NCBI GenBank assembly: GCA_905331295.1
Contig: CAJNYD010000056.1
Span: forward strand, 124,001 to 188,000
DNA from: Rotaria socialis
Taxonomy: Eukaryota
DNA length: 64,000 bases
Reading direction: 5' to 3'
Each line of letters starts with the position of its first letter. The first letter of the stretch is position 1. Shown here one piece after another: positions 12,642-26,989 of this stretch. Position numbers and translations under genes: made by a program. The notes beneath the pieces are model-generated. The model made no database searches. It had not been told where the DNA came from and saw nothing but the letters and a program-made list of their open reading frames with translations.

Positions 12642-14180
12642 AATAGAATTTTAGTTTGTTAGATAAATAATATCGTGTTTATTCTTTTTGTTCGATTCTA
12701 TATACAAAAAAAAACGCTCTTGTTATATAGGTCGATATGTGCTTGAGACCACTTGAACGACATTTGTGTATTATGACATATCAATTACGTATTATTGCTT
12801 TTTCTTCCGATTATCGAGTACTATTGGTATAATATTTGTTCAGTACAGTGCCGTTAAAACGATTTAAGAGCAATTTTTTATTTTTTATTTCATAGAATAT
12901 TGATCCATATTTCACGTAATAAATTATGACGTGATAAATTAAAAGTTGGGACCGTTTTTTCTTGTGTGCAGATGGCATTAAAATCAAATTAGCTTATTTC
13001 ATTCAGAGCAGCGACCAAGTAAGAAAATCAGCGCCATGAACGAATTAGCATTTCATGAATATTGAAAGATTATCAAGGGTAGGTATGGGTGGAGAACGCA
13101 AACTACTTAACGACTTCTTTTTTTTAATGTTTCTTATCATAAAAGAAATCTTTACCGATCTATATTTTTATTCGTAATTATAGCGGTAAGTCATCATGAT
13201 TTATAGTTCATTAAGTTTGCTACCTGCTCATTAGGTATGCCAATGTTTGAATTAAACAAATATGTTCATGGTCACAGGTATAATTAGAGGTTCATATCTC
13301 TAATAAAAATGAAAGAGATGCTCTTCATCAAAAAGAAAAGAAAGAAAAATATCTCCACATATCAGACATATCTTGCGTTTTATGAATGACTGTTATTTCT
13401 TTTTTTTTTTGTCAAAGTTCAAAGTACTGACATTCAATCATCTAATGAGGATGCATACTTCTCTCCATATCATCGATGATTATTCGCTATAATTGTTTTT
13501 TACATGCAAGGTTAGTATTCTCAAGTAATTCGCTTGTCAACATTTCTTCTTTATCCATTGATCAAATCGATATGATGCGCAAGTATTTATTTCAATGAGG
13601 AAGCAACTGAAAAGAAAAGAAAAAGGAGTAAAGGATCATTGAAATACAAACAATGAGAAGTGCTAACGCAAAAGAGGATTCATAAATATGAAGACCTTTG
13701 TTAAAGACACAATAAGAATATCGATCATTTTACATCAGGTAAAAACAATTGAGTACAAAAGTAGGTTTTGTTTCACCACGGTGTATCGTTAAGTAAAGAA
13801 CAGATGAAACTTTTCAAATGAACATTGAATAGAAAAAAGAGACAGGAAGACAGTAAAATGATATGTTACGTCAAACCAAGAGCAATAGGAACACCAATGC
13901 GCGCATGTATTCGATTTTTTTATGATTGTCCTCTGGTTGTGTAGACAGTAACAACATCGATGTCGGTGGACGACTATGCAATACTAGAGATAGACGAAGG
14001 CAAAAAGATCCGTTGCGAACAGTACAGACAGATGTCGAACGAGAGAAGAAAAAAAGAAGAAAGAGAACAAATAAGAACATATACCGATAGTTGAACCATT
14101 TTCTAGTGTCATTAGCGAGGTAGCCTTACCATACCTATACAAAATGATTCGGTTGATAATGTGACAGTATATATTTAAAT

Positions 14181-14212
<32 letters not shown>

Positions 14213-14381
14213 TTGAGCATACGTGCATACATAAAACTCTATAATTCGAACTATGAAACCGAATGGAATATTCAAGCAGGCGTAAACAATTGTCAATCTA
14301 TATTGAATACAACATTTCTCACTTTGTGTTCTTTTTTGTAGATAGAATCTTTGCAAAAAGCTGTTTTTGTCTATTCGACTA

Positions 14382-15572
14382 ATGGCTTGTATTAATAGTT
14401 CATTATCTTCGATGATCTTTGTAACTGATTTTCCATCGTATGGTCTTATTGGCTCTGCTTCAATTGGCCTCATAGTCTTTCTTGCATATATGATTGCTTT
14501 CATACGAAATCATCATTCATCATCGTTGAATGCTTACATATATTTTTCACAATTATCACTTTTTCTATTACTACTTTCTCCAATAACATTTCTTTTTCGA
14601 CCATCGGCTTCAACTAATATTGTATGTCCTACACAAACATTAGCATTACAAATTTTACCCTTTTGCCTTCTACTTGGTTACAATGTGCATTTTGCTTACG
14701 AATGGTTAATGAAATTAGCAAACCCAATAAGAAAATCTTGTCTTGTTGCAATAAGTTCATTTTTAATTTTTTTTCTTGCTATACTAATTCAAACAGCTAT
14801 TCTACTTGTTTGGTTTTATTACAACAGCTATCAAGAAAATAGCGAACCATGTTCCGATGAATGTCATCGGCCCTTATTTCTCTGTTCATTATCGTTTAAT
14901 TTTACTCTTTTATTTCTTTATTCATTTCAATCAAGTATAAGATATCATATGAAAAATAGACAAAGCGATTTCATTTATCTACTATCAAGCCTTTTAGCAT
15001 TAGGTGTTACTATTATTTGGATTTGTTTATATTTATTTATTCCATTAAAATTATCGTATACATTCTATATGAATACAAATTATATATTGGCTTATGGAAC
15101 AATATTTTTTGTTTATGCATTCATTGGACCATTTCTTTACGAGCAACTATTTTATCATAGTCGAACAACAAATATAAATACGAAAGATCATTTAAATAAT
15201 GTAAGTATTTGTTGCGATAACAAATCGAAAATATTTATGTTTTTCTTTTTGTGATAGATTAATAAAATGACATTTAAATGTCTGTCATTGACAAAAGAGC
15301 AACAACGGGCATTCATGGCTGCGTATGTTAAACGTAATTTGACAGTTTCATGTGAAAATCTCACAACGAAAATTGATTCTTCACTTCAACGAACGAATCA
15401 AACGCGCCATTCAACGTTAAGCGTTGAAAGTTTATGCCCGACATTAATCAGCACTGTTTCATACGAATCACCGCGACCAACATTATTAAACATAACAAAA
15501 AATGACGCATCAAATTGTGTAACAATACCAAATGGTTATTTAGTTCTATCGAATTCACCTAAAATGAGTTAA
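14382..15572 (+). CDS. 7TM receptor with class C (7tm_3)/GPRC5-like transmembrane core and very short N-terminus; exons 14382-15200 and 15258-15572
   Basis: Seven hydrophobic segments, FLFRPS...C at the TM2-TM3 loop, IQ..IL..W in TM4 and Cys in extracellular loop 2. A 57 bp GT-AG intron joins ORF 14367 to ORF 15267 in frame. Confidence 0.7.
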
Positions 15573-15815
15573 ATCGAGATGAGACTATGATTGACCGGTG
15601 GATGCATTTTCGAATCATCATCATACATTCCAGAAATGAGATTAAATAGAAGCAAATGTTTTTCATTTGATCTCATTAGACTGATATATTTTCACAATAA
15701 TATTTGTATATATATATATAGAAAATAAATTAATTACGAAAGAAAATATTATGTTGTTTATGTTAGACTATATTTGTTAAAAGAAAAACGATAATAATAA
15801 TGATGATGATCGTTC

Positions 15816-16290
15816 AATAGGCCTTCAGCCGATTGAGAAGAAACTTTTAGTGAAAATGTCACGGGAGAAACGGCGGATTTTTGAGATTTTAAATCCGAAC
15901 ATCGAAAAGCACTAATGACGTCGTGTCGACCTGAAATTCATCCCATATATAGGTTTCATTGTCCGTAGAAGATCCTAAAAGTTTCAACTCGAACAAATGG
16001 TTTCTTCTTAAAATATTGAATTTTCAAAAACAAAACTGGATTTTCTGACCGTGCCGTGGAAAGAGCGTTTCTTGCGCATTCATTGTCTTGAAAAGAACAC
16101 ATCCGTTTGCGCTGAAAATTTTAGAATATTCTAAAAATCTCGAATCCGCCTTTTCCCCCTTGGAAAATTTTGTCTAATGACTGTTTGAGTTCATATCGGA
16201 TAAATTCAAAAAGTACTTGAAAATAATCTTTCTCATCAAATCTTTCTATCCCCCATCCCCACAAAATAGAAGCCCACTGGGCTTCTAATT
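15816..16290. mobile_element. Non-autonomous element with internal inverted repeat and terminal hairpin (possibly Helentron-type)
   Basis: ggcggatttttgagattttaaa pairs with tctaaaaatctcgaatccgcc. There is a perfect hairpin agaagcccactgggcttct at ~16268-16286. Confidence 0.45.
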
Positions 16291-16816
16291 TATTTGAAAA
16301 ATGATGAGTATAAAGGTGGGCTTCTATTACGATCAGCTTTTTAACCTTGCCGAGCGATATTTATGCAAGTTTGAAAGCAACGATAAATAGAATTTCGTCA
16401 ATTTCATGATTTTTTTAATTTATACTACTAATTATATGTTCCAATGTCCTCGAAATAGGCGCACTTCTAGTGATTTATCGCAATTTTTTTCGAAACGGTA
16501 CACAAATTGCGATTTTCCCAGGAAAAGTCACAAATTTCAGGAATTTTATCGTGATTTAATAGTTCAATTAGTTGTGATAAAATCGTCAACTTTGTCGCAA
16601 TGTCAAGAACATGAGGTGTTATTATAAAAATGTTTCAGAGCAATTTCGCAAAATTAAACTCTACGCGCTTCACAATTTTATTGCACAACAAAAATGCACA
16701 ATATATACGAAAGAAATATATTGACGTATGCGAACACTTGTTTAAAAGAATTGACTATTAGTCACAAAGTGCTCTTTCTTCGTGTCTCTGTAAGAACATG
16801 TTTCGAATTAAGTGCC

Positions 16817-17172
16817 CACTGAAAAATGAAAGATTACGCTAGATTATAATCTCATGTTTGTGCTGCGAAATCAAAATTATAATAGATTGAAATCTTAAGC
16901 ATCACCCACAACCTGATTCTTAACTAAAACTAATCTTCAAGATCGATTATTATTGTAGCTGAAATTTTATAGTTTTGATCAAAATCATATAAAATCAAAA
17001 ATATATGATTTTAATCAAAGTTATACTTGATGTCGAAGATGATTTTCGATTGAAAATCAGATTGTGCTGGATTTTGAAAATTCTAATCGATTATAAGTTT
17101 GATTTTGATGCACTAAAATCGGATTAATAATCTAACTTAGTATAATCTCATATAGTCTAGCATTTTCCACTG
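16817..17172. mobile_element. Decayed palindromic MITE
   Basis: aaatcaaaattataatagattgaaat pairs with attctaatcgattataagtttgattt, with a central gatcaaaatcatata/tatatgattttaatc symmetry. Confidence 0.55.
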
Positions 17173-17239
17173 AGTGAGCTTCTATTATATTGGAATAGTC
17201 ACAAACTCAAGACTGGGCCTCTATTCCGTGTGTGTGCGT

Positions 17240-17347
<108 letters not shown>

Positions 17348-17487
17348 AGAGTCGTAAACAACTAATTTTCCACAACAACATCGATAAGAGAAATATATTA
17401 AAATAAAATAATAATAATAAATATTTAATAAACATGAAAGTTATTTTATCAGTCGAAAATCAGTTCGGCGAGTGCAGGTCAAATGAT

Positions 17488-18935
17488 CTAATGTCTATTT
17501 TTCACCATATTGAGTAATTCGACTAAAATAAAGGGAATAGAATTTCAGGAAATAAAATCAATACTAGATCATTTTCCAATCGCTTACTTGGAACGGGAAA
17601 GATGATGGTTGAATTTTTCTCAGCTGAAATTTGTGTTAACGTTTGTAAATAACGTAATTGTAGAGCAATAGGCGATTCCGCAATAACATCGGCTGCTTCT
17701 TTCAGTTGTCTTGATGCTTTTTGTNGCGATTCCGCAATAACATCGGCTGCTTCTTTCAATTGTCTCGATGCTTTTTGTTCACCTTCAGCAGCAATGACTT
17801 TAGCACGAGCTTCACGACTTGCTTCAGCTTCAGCGGCCATTGAGCGCTGCATGGATTGTGGTAAACGCACATCAGTACTAAATAAAGAGAAAGAGAGAGA
17901 GACAAAAATATAAACAACGACATCATAGAAACAATATCTCATTCATCATACATTTCCACACGTTCAATTTTAATGCCCCATGGTGAACTTCCTTCATCTA
18001 AGTGAACTTCCATCTGATTAGCTATTATTTCTCGTTCACTTAGAATTTCATGAAGATTTTTTGTACCAAGAATATTCCGTAACGTTGTTTGAGCTAACAA
18101 TTCTGTTGCAGATTTAACATTAGTTACTTTGGTTACCGATGTGACCTAATCAAAAAAAAAGACTATCTTATGTTTCCGTCGATAGATTAAAAAATCTAAA
18201 ATTCCTACTGGGTCAACAGTACGACTATAAATTACAGCGTCAACTGTAACTGTGACTGAATCGCGTGTCAAAATCTAATAGAATCGATAAAATATGAGAT
18301 CTACGTGTGTACTATAGATGAAGATAGGTACCTCTTGAGGTGCAACATTGAATGTTGTTGTTCGTAAATCAACTTTGATAATTGAATCTACACAAGGTAG
18401 AATAAAAAATAGACCGGGACCTTTAGCACCGCCTAAATTACCATTCGCACTTTATTAAATTTGTTAGAAGTAAAGCTAAAAAAGCAAACCTTGTCGATTT
18501 CGTCCAAGACGAAAAATCACAGCACGTTCATATTCTTGAACAACCTATAACGAATAATCTTCAGAATTCAATCTAAACTAATTCATTTTATGCAAACATT
18601 AATGCAATAGAATATTGTAATTGGAAATGCAAGAATCACAAGAATAAACGAACACACAACTAATACCCATCCGCACAGATCAACATCACCATCGTTTGGT
18701 TCCTCAGAATTATCTTTAATTGAATAAACATCTAATAAATTGAACATAAAATTTTAATGCGTCTATAACATACTAGGAATAGTTGTCGCCTGATCAGATG
18801 CCATTATGTCAGTTGGATGAATACGATCTTAAATAATTCAGATAAACTCTATGTTTTCTACATGCTATTTTAATTAAACCCACTTCCGTTATTCGACGCA
18901 TGAACATCGTGTTTGAATGGCATCGCTGTTGTCAT
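17488..18935 (-). CDS. Stomatin / MEC-2-like SPFH (band 7) protein, paralog A, multi-exon
   Basis: Exons give [88 protein letters not shown] and LQLRYLQTL...[10 protein letters not shown] ~50 bp duplication around the N at 17725 is probably artefactual. Confidence 0.92.
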
Positions 18936-21699
18936 ATTGTTGTTTGAACTATGTGATTTAGAAAATGAATAATTTCTCTCTTATATAAAATCGCAATATT
19001 GTGCTTCTATTAAAATTCTTTCTCGATTGACGCAAATCAGTATCCAGTAATAATGACGACTACGCGTCTAACAAAATCTGTTCAGTATAGTAATCGAATA
19101 TAAACAAAAAAATAAATAAATTATAAAAAGGATTCTTTTATTTGTTTAAGCAATGTCGTACACAGGAATACGTCAGGTTAGCAACGTCCGAACAGCACAG
19201 CCTATTTTATTTCTTTTTCTCGTATTTAATTCAAAGAGAAAAATGCTTCAATTTACAATGAAAGAAAACTCACAGATAAAATTTGAATTACATTTGTCAA
19301 ATAAAAAGAAATAGGAAATGAAGAGGTTGTTTCACACAATATTGTCTTGCATTTATGTTGGGGCACTTTATTTATTAGGGAAAAAAATTAACGCCTTTCT
19401 TTTTTCTCAATATTAAAAGACAGAAATAAAACTCATTAAAATTCTATAGTATAGTTCTAGCGCCTATAGAAACCATACAAGAAATAGTGACGTCATCAAC
19501 TATATAGATGTTTGTTTAAGCGAGAACAGAAAAGCCCTCGTAGCCTGGTTACTTTATGACATCGCTCTTTGGCATTGATGACAGTAATGAGAAAAGAAAA
19601 AGAATACGATTTAAAATACTCTTTTCTATCTCTAAAAATATTCTTAGTCGCAAGTAGTTATTTATACCGATAATATCACTTTTCCATGGAAAACAAATTT
19701 ATTTCACCAAAATACAATGGACAACTTTATATTAATCAAGCACACGAACATGAGTCATCTTGATTCACATGTATATTATTATTCTAAATCAATCATTCAT
19801 CCTAGTGTGAATTTTCAGAGAAAATTTCTCAGTTTTGATTTTGTCAAAAAAATCAATTTCAACTTCAGTAGATTTATTTTGTATGTTGCGAAGCACATTT
19901 CAACTGATTCATGTCGTTGACAGTATGAATAATATGAATTTAATAAGCTCAAATATGATGCAAGTTGATTTTCGAATAAATATGTTAACTATGTATTAGA
20001 GAAGAAACTATTCACTATCTTTCAGTACAATTGTGATATGCGTTAGTTGCATACACATATTTAAGGTTCAATCCATTGAGAGAGAAAAAATAGTCATTTG
20101 CGTGCATGTTGCTAAAAATAACACTAATTTACGACTACTTAGTGAAAGTACATCAAAGGTCGCTGAAATAAGTCTTGATTTGCTTCAAGTAATATTTATT
20201 CTGTTTTCTGCATGTTCTTACAATAGAATGAGCTGACGTTTACCGTGTGTGTGTGTGTGTTAGACGCTTAGATTTTCTTTAAACTACAATTTGAACTTTT
20301 TGTCTTTAATATTCACACATGGGTAGAAGCAATGTAAATATGAGTTCATTTTTGTGCGTCATCCCTACATTCAGTTGTTTGTCTACGTGGTTCTAGCTGC
20401 TTTCCGAGATGATCGCAATAGGAAATATTGAATGACAGTTTTGATGAGTTGATTGGCCTTGAAGTTTAAGATGAAAAAATGACTCATATTTTTCCCATCG
20501 AAGCAATTGGGAAGATAATCAAGACAACAAAAAGGAAAGGAAACATATTTCAAACAGATAAATAAAACAGGTTCTCGATCAAGATAAAAAGAAATGTGCA
20601 AAATCGATAGAAACAAAAATGAAAGATGAAAACCAGATGAATCGACATTGACAGATATTTCGCTTTTATTATATTTAAAGAATCTCAATAATTAAACAAA
20701 ACGATTAAAACACTAGATTTTGTTTAGATCTTCAGTCCAACGTTGAATCCCATGCGAAAATTCTTTTGACTCCGATGTTACTCGTATCGCTTTGAGTAAA
20801 AAGCGATGAAAGTTCAAATTTCAACGTGATTTAAATATCTAATATATATATACAATTGATTATTATATTTAAAACACGTGTATATATATTTAGTAGAAAC
20901 TTACATGAAGGAAATGAAGAACGATTGTAAGTAACCTTTATGAGTTATTTGCTCAAGGAATTTAAATCATGAGAAAAGTTATTGTTGACATTTTTTTTAA
21001 ACTAGTGCAAGACAAAACTCATTCATTATAATTTACTGTCATCTTCTTAAGTAATCACTAGCGGATATTAAAATTAAAAAAACACGAGTTTCTCAACAGA
21101 AAAGGAAATAGATTCCGAAGAAAAGCGTCTTTCTCTTCAATTCATATCATCGATGAATAAATTTTCAATGATTTACCTTTAACATATTATTCATGTGCCC
21201 TTTAGTTTGAATTACGCACTGGGTTTATGTGCAAAAATACTCGATTATTCCAGAGAAAAACACAAATCTCAGAATTTTTTTTTGTATTTATAACGAATCG
21301 AGGACGAAAAGTACTTTCATATGAATCTAAGCCAGTACAAAGTTTTGTCAGCCAATGATTATTCTTTTAAAGAGGCTCGAAGAGGAGTTTTACGTGAATA
21401 TCATAAAAAATGCTGCCGATATAACGATTGAATATTTGATTCTGTCTGGCTTTCTGCTCTTACATTTATTCTTGGCGCATTCATCGGCGAAAAAAACGTA
21501 AACTATCGAAAATACTTTATAATGAATAACAAACATATTGACATATTTAACAGCATCAATAGATTCTATATTGTAGTGTAATGAAATCGATAGTATTAAA
21601 CAAACAAGATATTAAATGACGCAAGAATTGAAAAAGGATACATATATCGAGTCCTATTTTGTGAATTTGCTCGCTGTTGATTAAGGCCTTTGATTATGT

Positions 21700-23493
21700 T
21701 TAACGTTTTACTAAGCTGAGAAGTTCGACTAAAAAACGAATTCAATAAAATTCAATCAAAAAATAAATAAGAAGTAACGAACTTGGAATTGGAAAGATGA
21801 TGGTGGAATTTTTCTCAGCTGAAATTTGTGTTAACGTTTGTAAATAACGTAATTGTAGAGCAATAGGCGATTCCGCAATAACATCGGCTGCTTCTTTCAA
21901 TTGTCTCGATGCTTTTTGTTCACCTTCAGCAGCAATGACTTTAGCACGAGCTTCACGACTTGCTTCAGCTTCAGCGGCCATTGAGCGTTGCATGGATTGT
22001 GGTAAACGAACATCTTTTCTAAAAACATAAAAACAAATCATTTTACCCCATAGAATATTTTTCATAATCATTACATTTCAACACGTTCAACTTTAACGCC
22101 CCATGGATCAGTTCCTTCATCGAGATGACTTTGCATGCTGGCTGCGATCGCTTCACGATCAGTAAGAATTTCTTGAAGTGATTTTGTGCCAAGAATATTT
22201 CGTAATGATGTTTGTGCAAGTAATTGTGTTGCATATTGAGTGTTTTTAACATTTGTCACACTGATAACCTTGAAAACAAATTTTAATATGGAAGTTTTTT
22301 ATGTGTCGATTGCTTTGTGTGGACGAGCTTACCGGATTGAAAACACGGCTGTAGACAACCGCATCTACTGATACAGTTACTGAATCACGTGTTAAAACCT
22401 AATAAATATTAGAATGAAAACCGTATTAACATGGAACAACTCTAAGACAAAGAAACTTACTTCCTGTGGTGGCACATTGAATGTTGCCGTTCTTAAATCA
22501 ACTTTAATAATCGTATCAACACAGGGTAAAATAAAAAATAGACCCGGGCCCTTCGCACCGCCTAAACAAGAACACAACATAATAAACAATTTTTCTCGAT
22601 ATATGTAAATTAATCCAATGTATATTTTAATATCAAAAATCAAGCTGACAGAGATTAGATTACCAATAAATACTCATGTTTCAAGTTTTGTCTTATGCAT
22701 TTTAATGTGAAACAGTTCACAGAATTTCTATTACAATTCTTAAGTTATTTTAGAATATTAAAACTGTTATCAATTATATGAATTATCTGCTGCTGTCTAT
22801 TATAAGAACAGATCGTTCTTATTTACTCTAATGATAAAAGACATTTCTTGCGTGCTGTCTAATGACGTAAACTCGATACTACAGTAAGTAGGAGCGTAAG
22901 GATTTGTTTTCTTTTCTGGCTCTCGCAATTCACTGCAGTGTTATTCGGTTAATGATCTCGAAGAGATTATCTATGCAAATTACGAGGATAAAAAGAATGC
23001 TACTGATTACTTTATGCCACTGAATAGCTTTCAGATTATTTATCATCATACCTGGTATAATACGACCGAGACGAAGAATAACAGCTCGTTCATATTCTTG
23101 AACAACCTAAAGAAAAAGTAGATTTTGAAAACTTATGTCAATCGTTGATTTAAAAGCCAACTTTGATGCAAAGACATAATGAAAATGGAACTGTCAGACC
23201 AACTAAGATATAAGATAGAATGACTAAGATCCATCCGCATGCGCCGATACCTTCATTCGGCGACTGTCTGGGATCATCTGAGACTAAATAAATGTCAAAA
23301 TCAGCTAAAAAGATAAATGTAAATCATTCTACTACATCCAGTATTTGGCATTCGAACAGTTGTTGCAGCAGTTTGGAGAGTACCTCCTTTAAAAAGAAGA
23401 CGATTTTTCTTATTGCGAAAATTCTTTAGAATGAAATTAGTTACTATCGCTGGCAAACGGACGTATTTCTTCTTTCAACGACGTTGCTGCCAT
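21700..23493 (-). CDS. Stomatin / MEC-2-like SPFH (band 7) protein, paralog B, multi-exon
   Basis: Same motifs and intron positions as paralog A. ATG at 23493; last exon ends ELLSLVKR*. Confidence 0.93.
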
Positions 23494-25481
23494 ATTTTCT
23501 TTTTTTTATGATAAAATTCTAGAATAAAAAATGCAGCATTTTTATAGTTGCAAAAAAAGAAAAACAAACGTCATATTTTTCTTTCCTTTTCTTACGAATA
23601 GAATATTTAGAAAGTTGCTGAGCTAATCATGGCCAAGTTACTGCGTGCGAAAGTAAAATAAGGCAAGGTAAAGAACAAGAGAAAAAAATGAAAGAGAAGG
23701 AGAGAAGAATCTTATCGATGTCATTTTTATTCACATGTCTGGCGTCATTCAAATAAATAACAAAAAAAAGATGATTGTGCATTTAAACATTTACACAAAC
23801 ATACACGTTTTCTAAAAATAAATTAATTATTCAACGACTAAGCATATCCAGAAAATATATGTCGTAGCATAGATTAAAATCCAGTTCAGATTAAAATAAT
23901 TTTGATCTGAACTAGTTCAGTTTAAAATTTTCTTTGTTGAAATCGAAGTTATTTTAATCTGAAATAAATTTCAATCTGTCCTACAACATATATATATATA
24001 TATACATCAAATATTATAAATATTATCTTCTTCTGACCGCGACCTCGAACAGACGAATTAAGTGAATGCATGTCGAATAGGCTACCGCACAGACAATGAC
24101 TAGAAGAAAGAGAGAAGAAGGAAGGGAGAAAAACAGCTACTCTCTTCTCTATGCATATATGTGTGCATATATTCCGCAACTAGATATGCATCAACGTCGA
24201 AGTATATCAATCATCAGCAGTATATTTTAGTTTTCTGTATATTATCATTAAGCAGCTACTTTGATGTTTATTGAACACTGAATTGATTGAATACGTGCCT
24301 AAAAATACAATGAACAAGCGACTTTTCTTTATTCAAACGTCTTATAAAACATAAGCTACCTCGTATACTAAACAACAAAAAATGATATTTAGTGATGATA
24401 ACATCGCTTCTTTATCATGTACTATTAAATGGAGATGACATTAAAAAAAGAAGATAGCGAAAATAAATAGAATAGCAATTTTATGATGATTCATCAGATA
24501 AAATATGCCAAAGTACAATGTTATATGGTCATAGGTTATCACTAAAGTTAAACACGTCACTTGGGAAGAAAAACTTGCTTTGTATCACGCAAGACTGATG
24601 CATATATATATCATTGGAAGATCGTGTATGAATATGTTTCATCTACCATACATCAAAATCAACTAATCGTGATGGCATCGGAACAAAGATAGGAAAAGAA
24701 ATGTGACACTGTCACTTAATATAAGAAAAGTGAATTAAACAAGTTCCGACCGTATAAGAAAAAGCTTTATATTCTTCAAATCTACCATTGAAAAAATAGA
24801 AAGCTTGATCGTGAAAATTTATTAATTTTTTACGACTTTTCATATTAGCTGAAAGTCTTAGAAAGTAAAATTCATAAACAATATATTCGGCAACATTCCA
24901 TTCAAGATCAAACAAAACGTTTGAGCTCTAACACAATATTAGATTAATAAAATATTTTATATGAAACTTACATTGTACAAGAAAGTATTACCACTTGTGT
25001 TTTTTCCTCGGTCGCCGAGAACTTACTATTCTCCTAGAAACGATTGGTTCATCATCATTGCTATGTTCTTGCTTAAAATCGTCTCTCTTTCATATTGTTT
25101 ATGAAGAATTCGATCTGTATTCATTCATGCTACAATAATTATATGGCTGGAGTTCCAAATGGGATGAAACAACTCATCGTGCTCCACCCTTATCCATGTG
25201 ATTCATCTGTAAACTATTCTACTCACGAAATTCTATACACGATTTTCTGATTTGCGCTAAAATAAAGCAAGAAAAACCCAGTTTAAACTACATCACTTAT
25301 AACATAGAACCAATGTCTTTCCTAATTCAAGTTCATTAAATTGAGAAATGAACTTATTGCCTGATAAGTCATATTGCGCATCCGGCGATAATGTCTGCAT
25401 TAGAAGCATTATCATGAAAATTTCTTTCATTATTTGATTCTGTCTTTTTGGCTTATCTTACATCGTACAATTTGCAATTCT

Positions 25482-25877
25482 ATGGCCTATGAAACATATT
25501 ATCATTCATTATTTAAAGTTAATGGCGAAAATCAATATGTAATATCGAATATGAATTATAATTCAACTCCTTATACAACATCTGTGGAACCAATGATGAC
25601 TCTTTTGGACTCGAAAAAGAAAACGACACGTCGATCGAAACATATTCCACATCATTTACGACCTCAACATCTTGTAGAAAAACGCAATAGACGTGAACGA
25701 AAACGTGTCAAAGATGTGAATCAAGCGTTTGTAATACTTCAAGCACTTCTGCCATTGGATACATATAATAATAATAAGGAGAAATCGAACTCGACTCGTA
25801 TATCAAAAGTTTACACACTGCGAAAAGCGATCGATTATATAGAAGCCCTTCAAAACATATTAAATGAAACGGATTAA
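25482..25877 (+). CDS. Achaete-scute family bHLH transcription factor, single exon
   Basis: KRNRRERKRVKDVNQAFVILQALLP...RISKVYTLRKAIDYIEALQNIL is an ASC-type basic-HLH. First ATG at 25482. Confidence 0.85.
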   Translation: MAYETYYHSLFKVNGENQYVISNMNYNSTPYTTSVEPMMTLLDSKKKTTRRSKHIPHHLRPQHLVEKRNRRERKRVKDVNQAFVILQALLPLDTYNNNKEKSNSTRISKVYTLRKAIDYIEALQNILNETD

Positions 25878-25917
25878 GATATGAAAAACAACAAAGAGAC
25901 GCTTTTTTTCTAGAATT

Positions 25918-26989
25918 TTATCGATCGTCACTTGTAATTTTATTTAAATGATTAATAATATCTTCACGAAGACTCGGTCCAATAGCATCACAAAATTCTT
26001 TAAATGATATACGTTGATCACCATCTTTATCAGAATAAATCATTGTTTTATCGACTACTTGCTGTAATTGTTCATCTAACAGATTATTACCGACCATCAT
26101 TTTCAAGACATGAAACAGTTCAGCATTTGTTATATAGCCGTCTTTATCTAGAATAAAAATTGCCGAAAGAATTTCATATACTCATATTTTAGATAAATAC
26201 ATTATTCTTCGAGAAACACTTGATTGATTTTAATACTCAACTGAGCATTTTGTTCTACTAGCTATATATTCTAGACATGATGATGATTGATAGAAATAAT
26301 TTGTAGTTCGGCACAGTTAATTTAAAAGATCGATGGCTATATTTACCATGCGGCATTCTTATAGTCTAATATATTCTTTGATTTAGATTGTTCGAATAAT
26401 ATTGACTAATGTATTAATAAATATTCTGAGTGTTGTTCATACTTTTTCATCCGCTGTACTCGTGAGAATTATTTAAAAACGACAGTATTCATCCGAGGCT
26501 TTTTCTCTCAGATGACTCAGAAAATTTTTATTTCTCTAATGAACATTTTATGATTATCAACAATTATAATTTGTTCTTACCAATATCATAGATGTTAAAA
26601 GCAAATCGTAATTTATATTGTGTATCGCCTTTTGAAGCAAAACTATTCATACCTAATTGGAAACGTTAGAATAGATTGATAAAAACAATCTTCGATCAAC
26701 ACTAACCACGAATAAATTCAGTAAAATCAACCTATTCAAAAGTCAAAATCTCATAAATCTATATATGTTAATAAGAAACTCTATAGCAAAAAAGAAAGAC
26801 AACCTCGCCATTTCCGTCACTATCAAATATATCAATAACGCGTTCAACCAATGGATTTGACGTCAGTTCGGGTATTTGCATAAATTCTTTAGCTGACAGT
26901 GCACCACTGTTGTCTTCATCAAGTTTGCCGAATTTTTGTAGCATTTTTTGAATTTCATTCGAATCTATTTGACTAATATCTTGACCCAT
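25918..26989 (-). CDS. Calcineurin B-like EF-hand protein, 4 exons (26989-26804, 26731-26707, 26652-26581, 26147-25918)
   Basis: MG start; [74 protein letters not shown] all follow calcineurin B. Confidence 0.9.

Noticed and set aside
17670..17780. Internal duplication [17 protein letters not shown] in stomatin A
   Set aside because: The two copies are joined by a single N, typical of an unmerged contig overlap rather than a real repeat.
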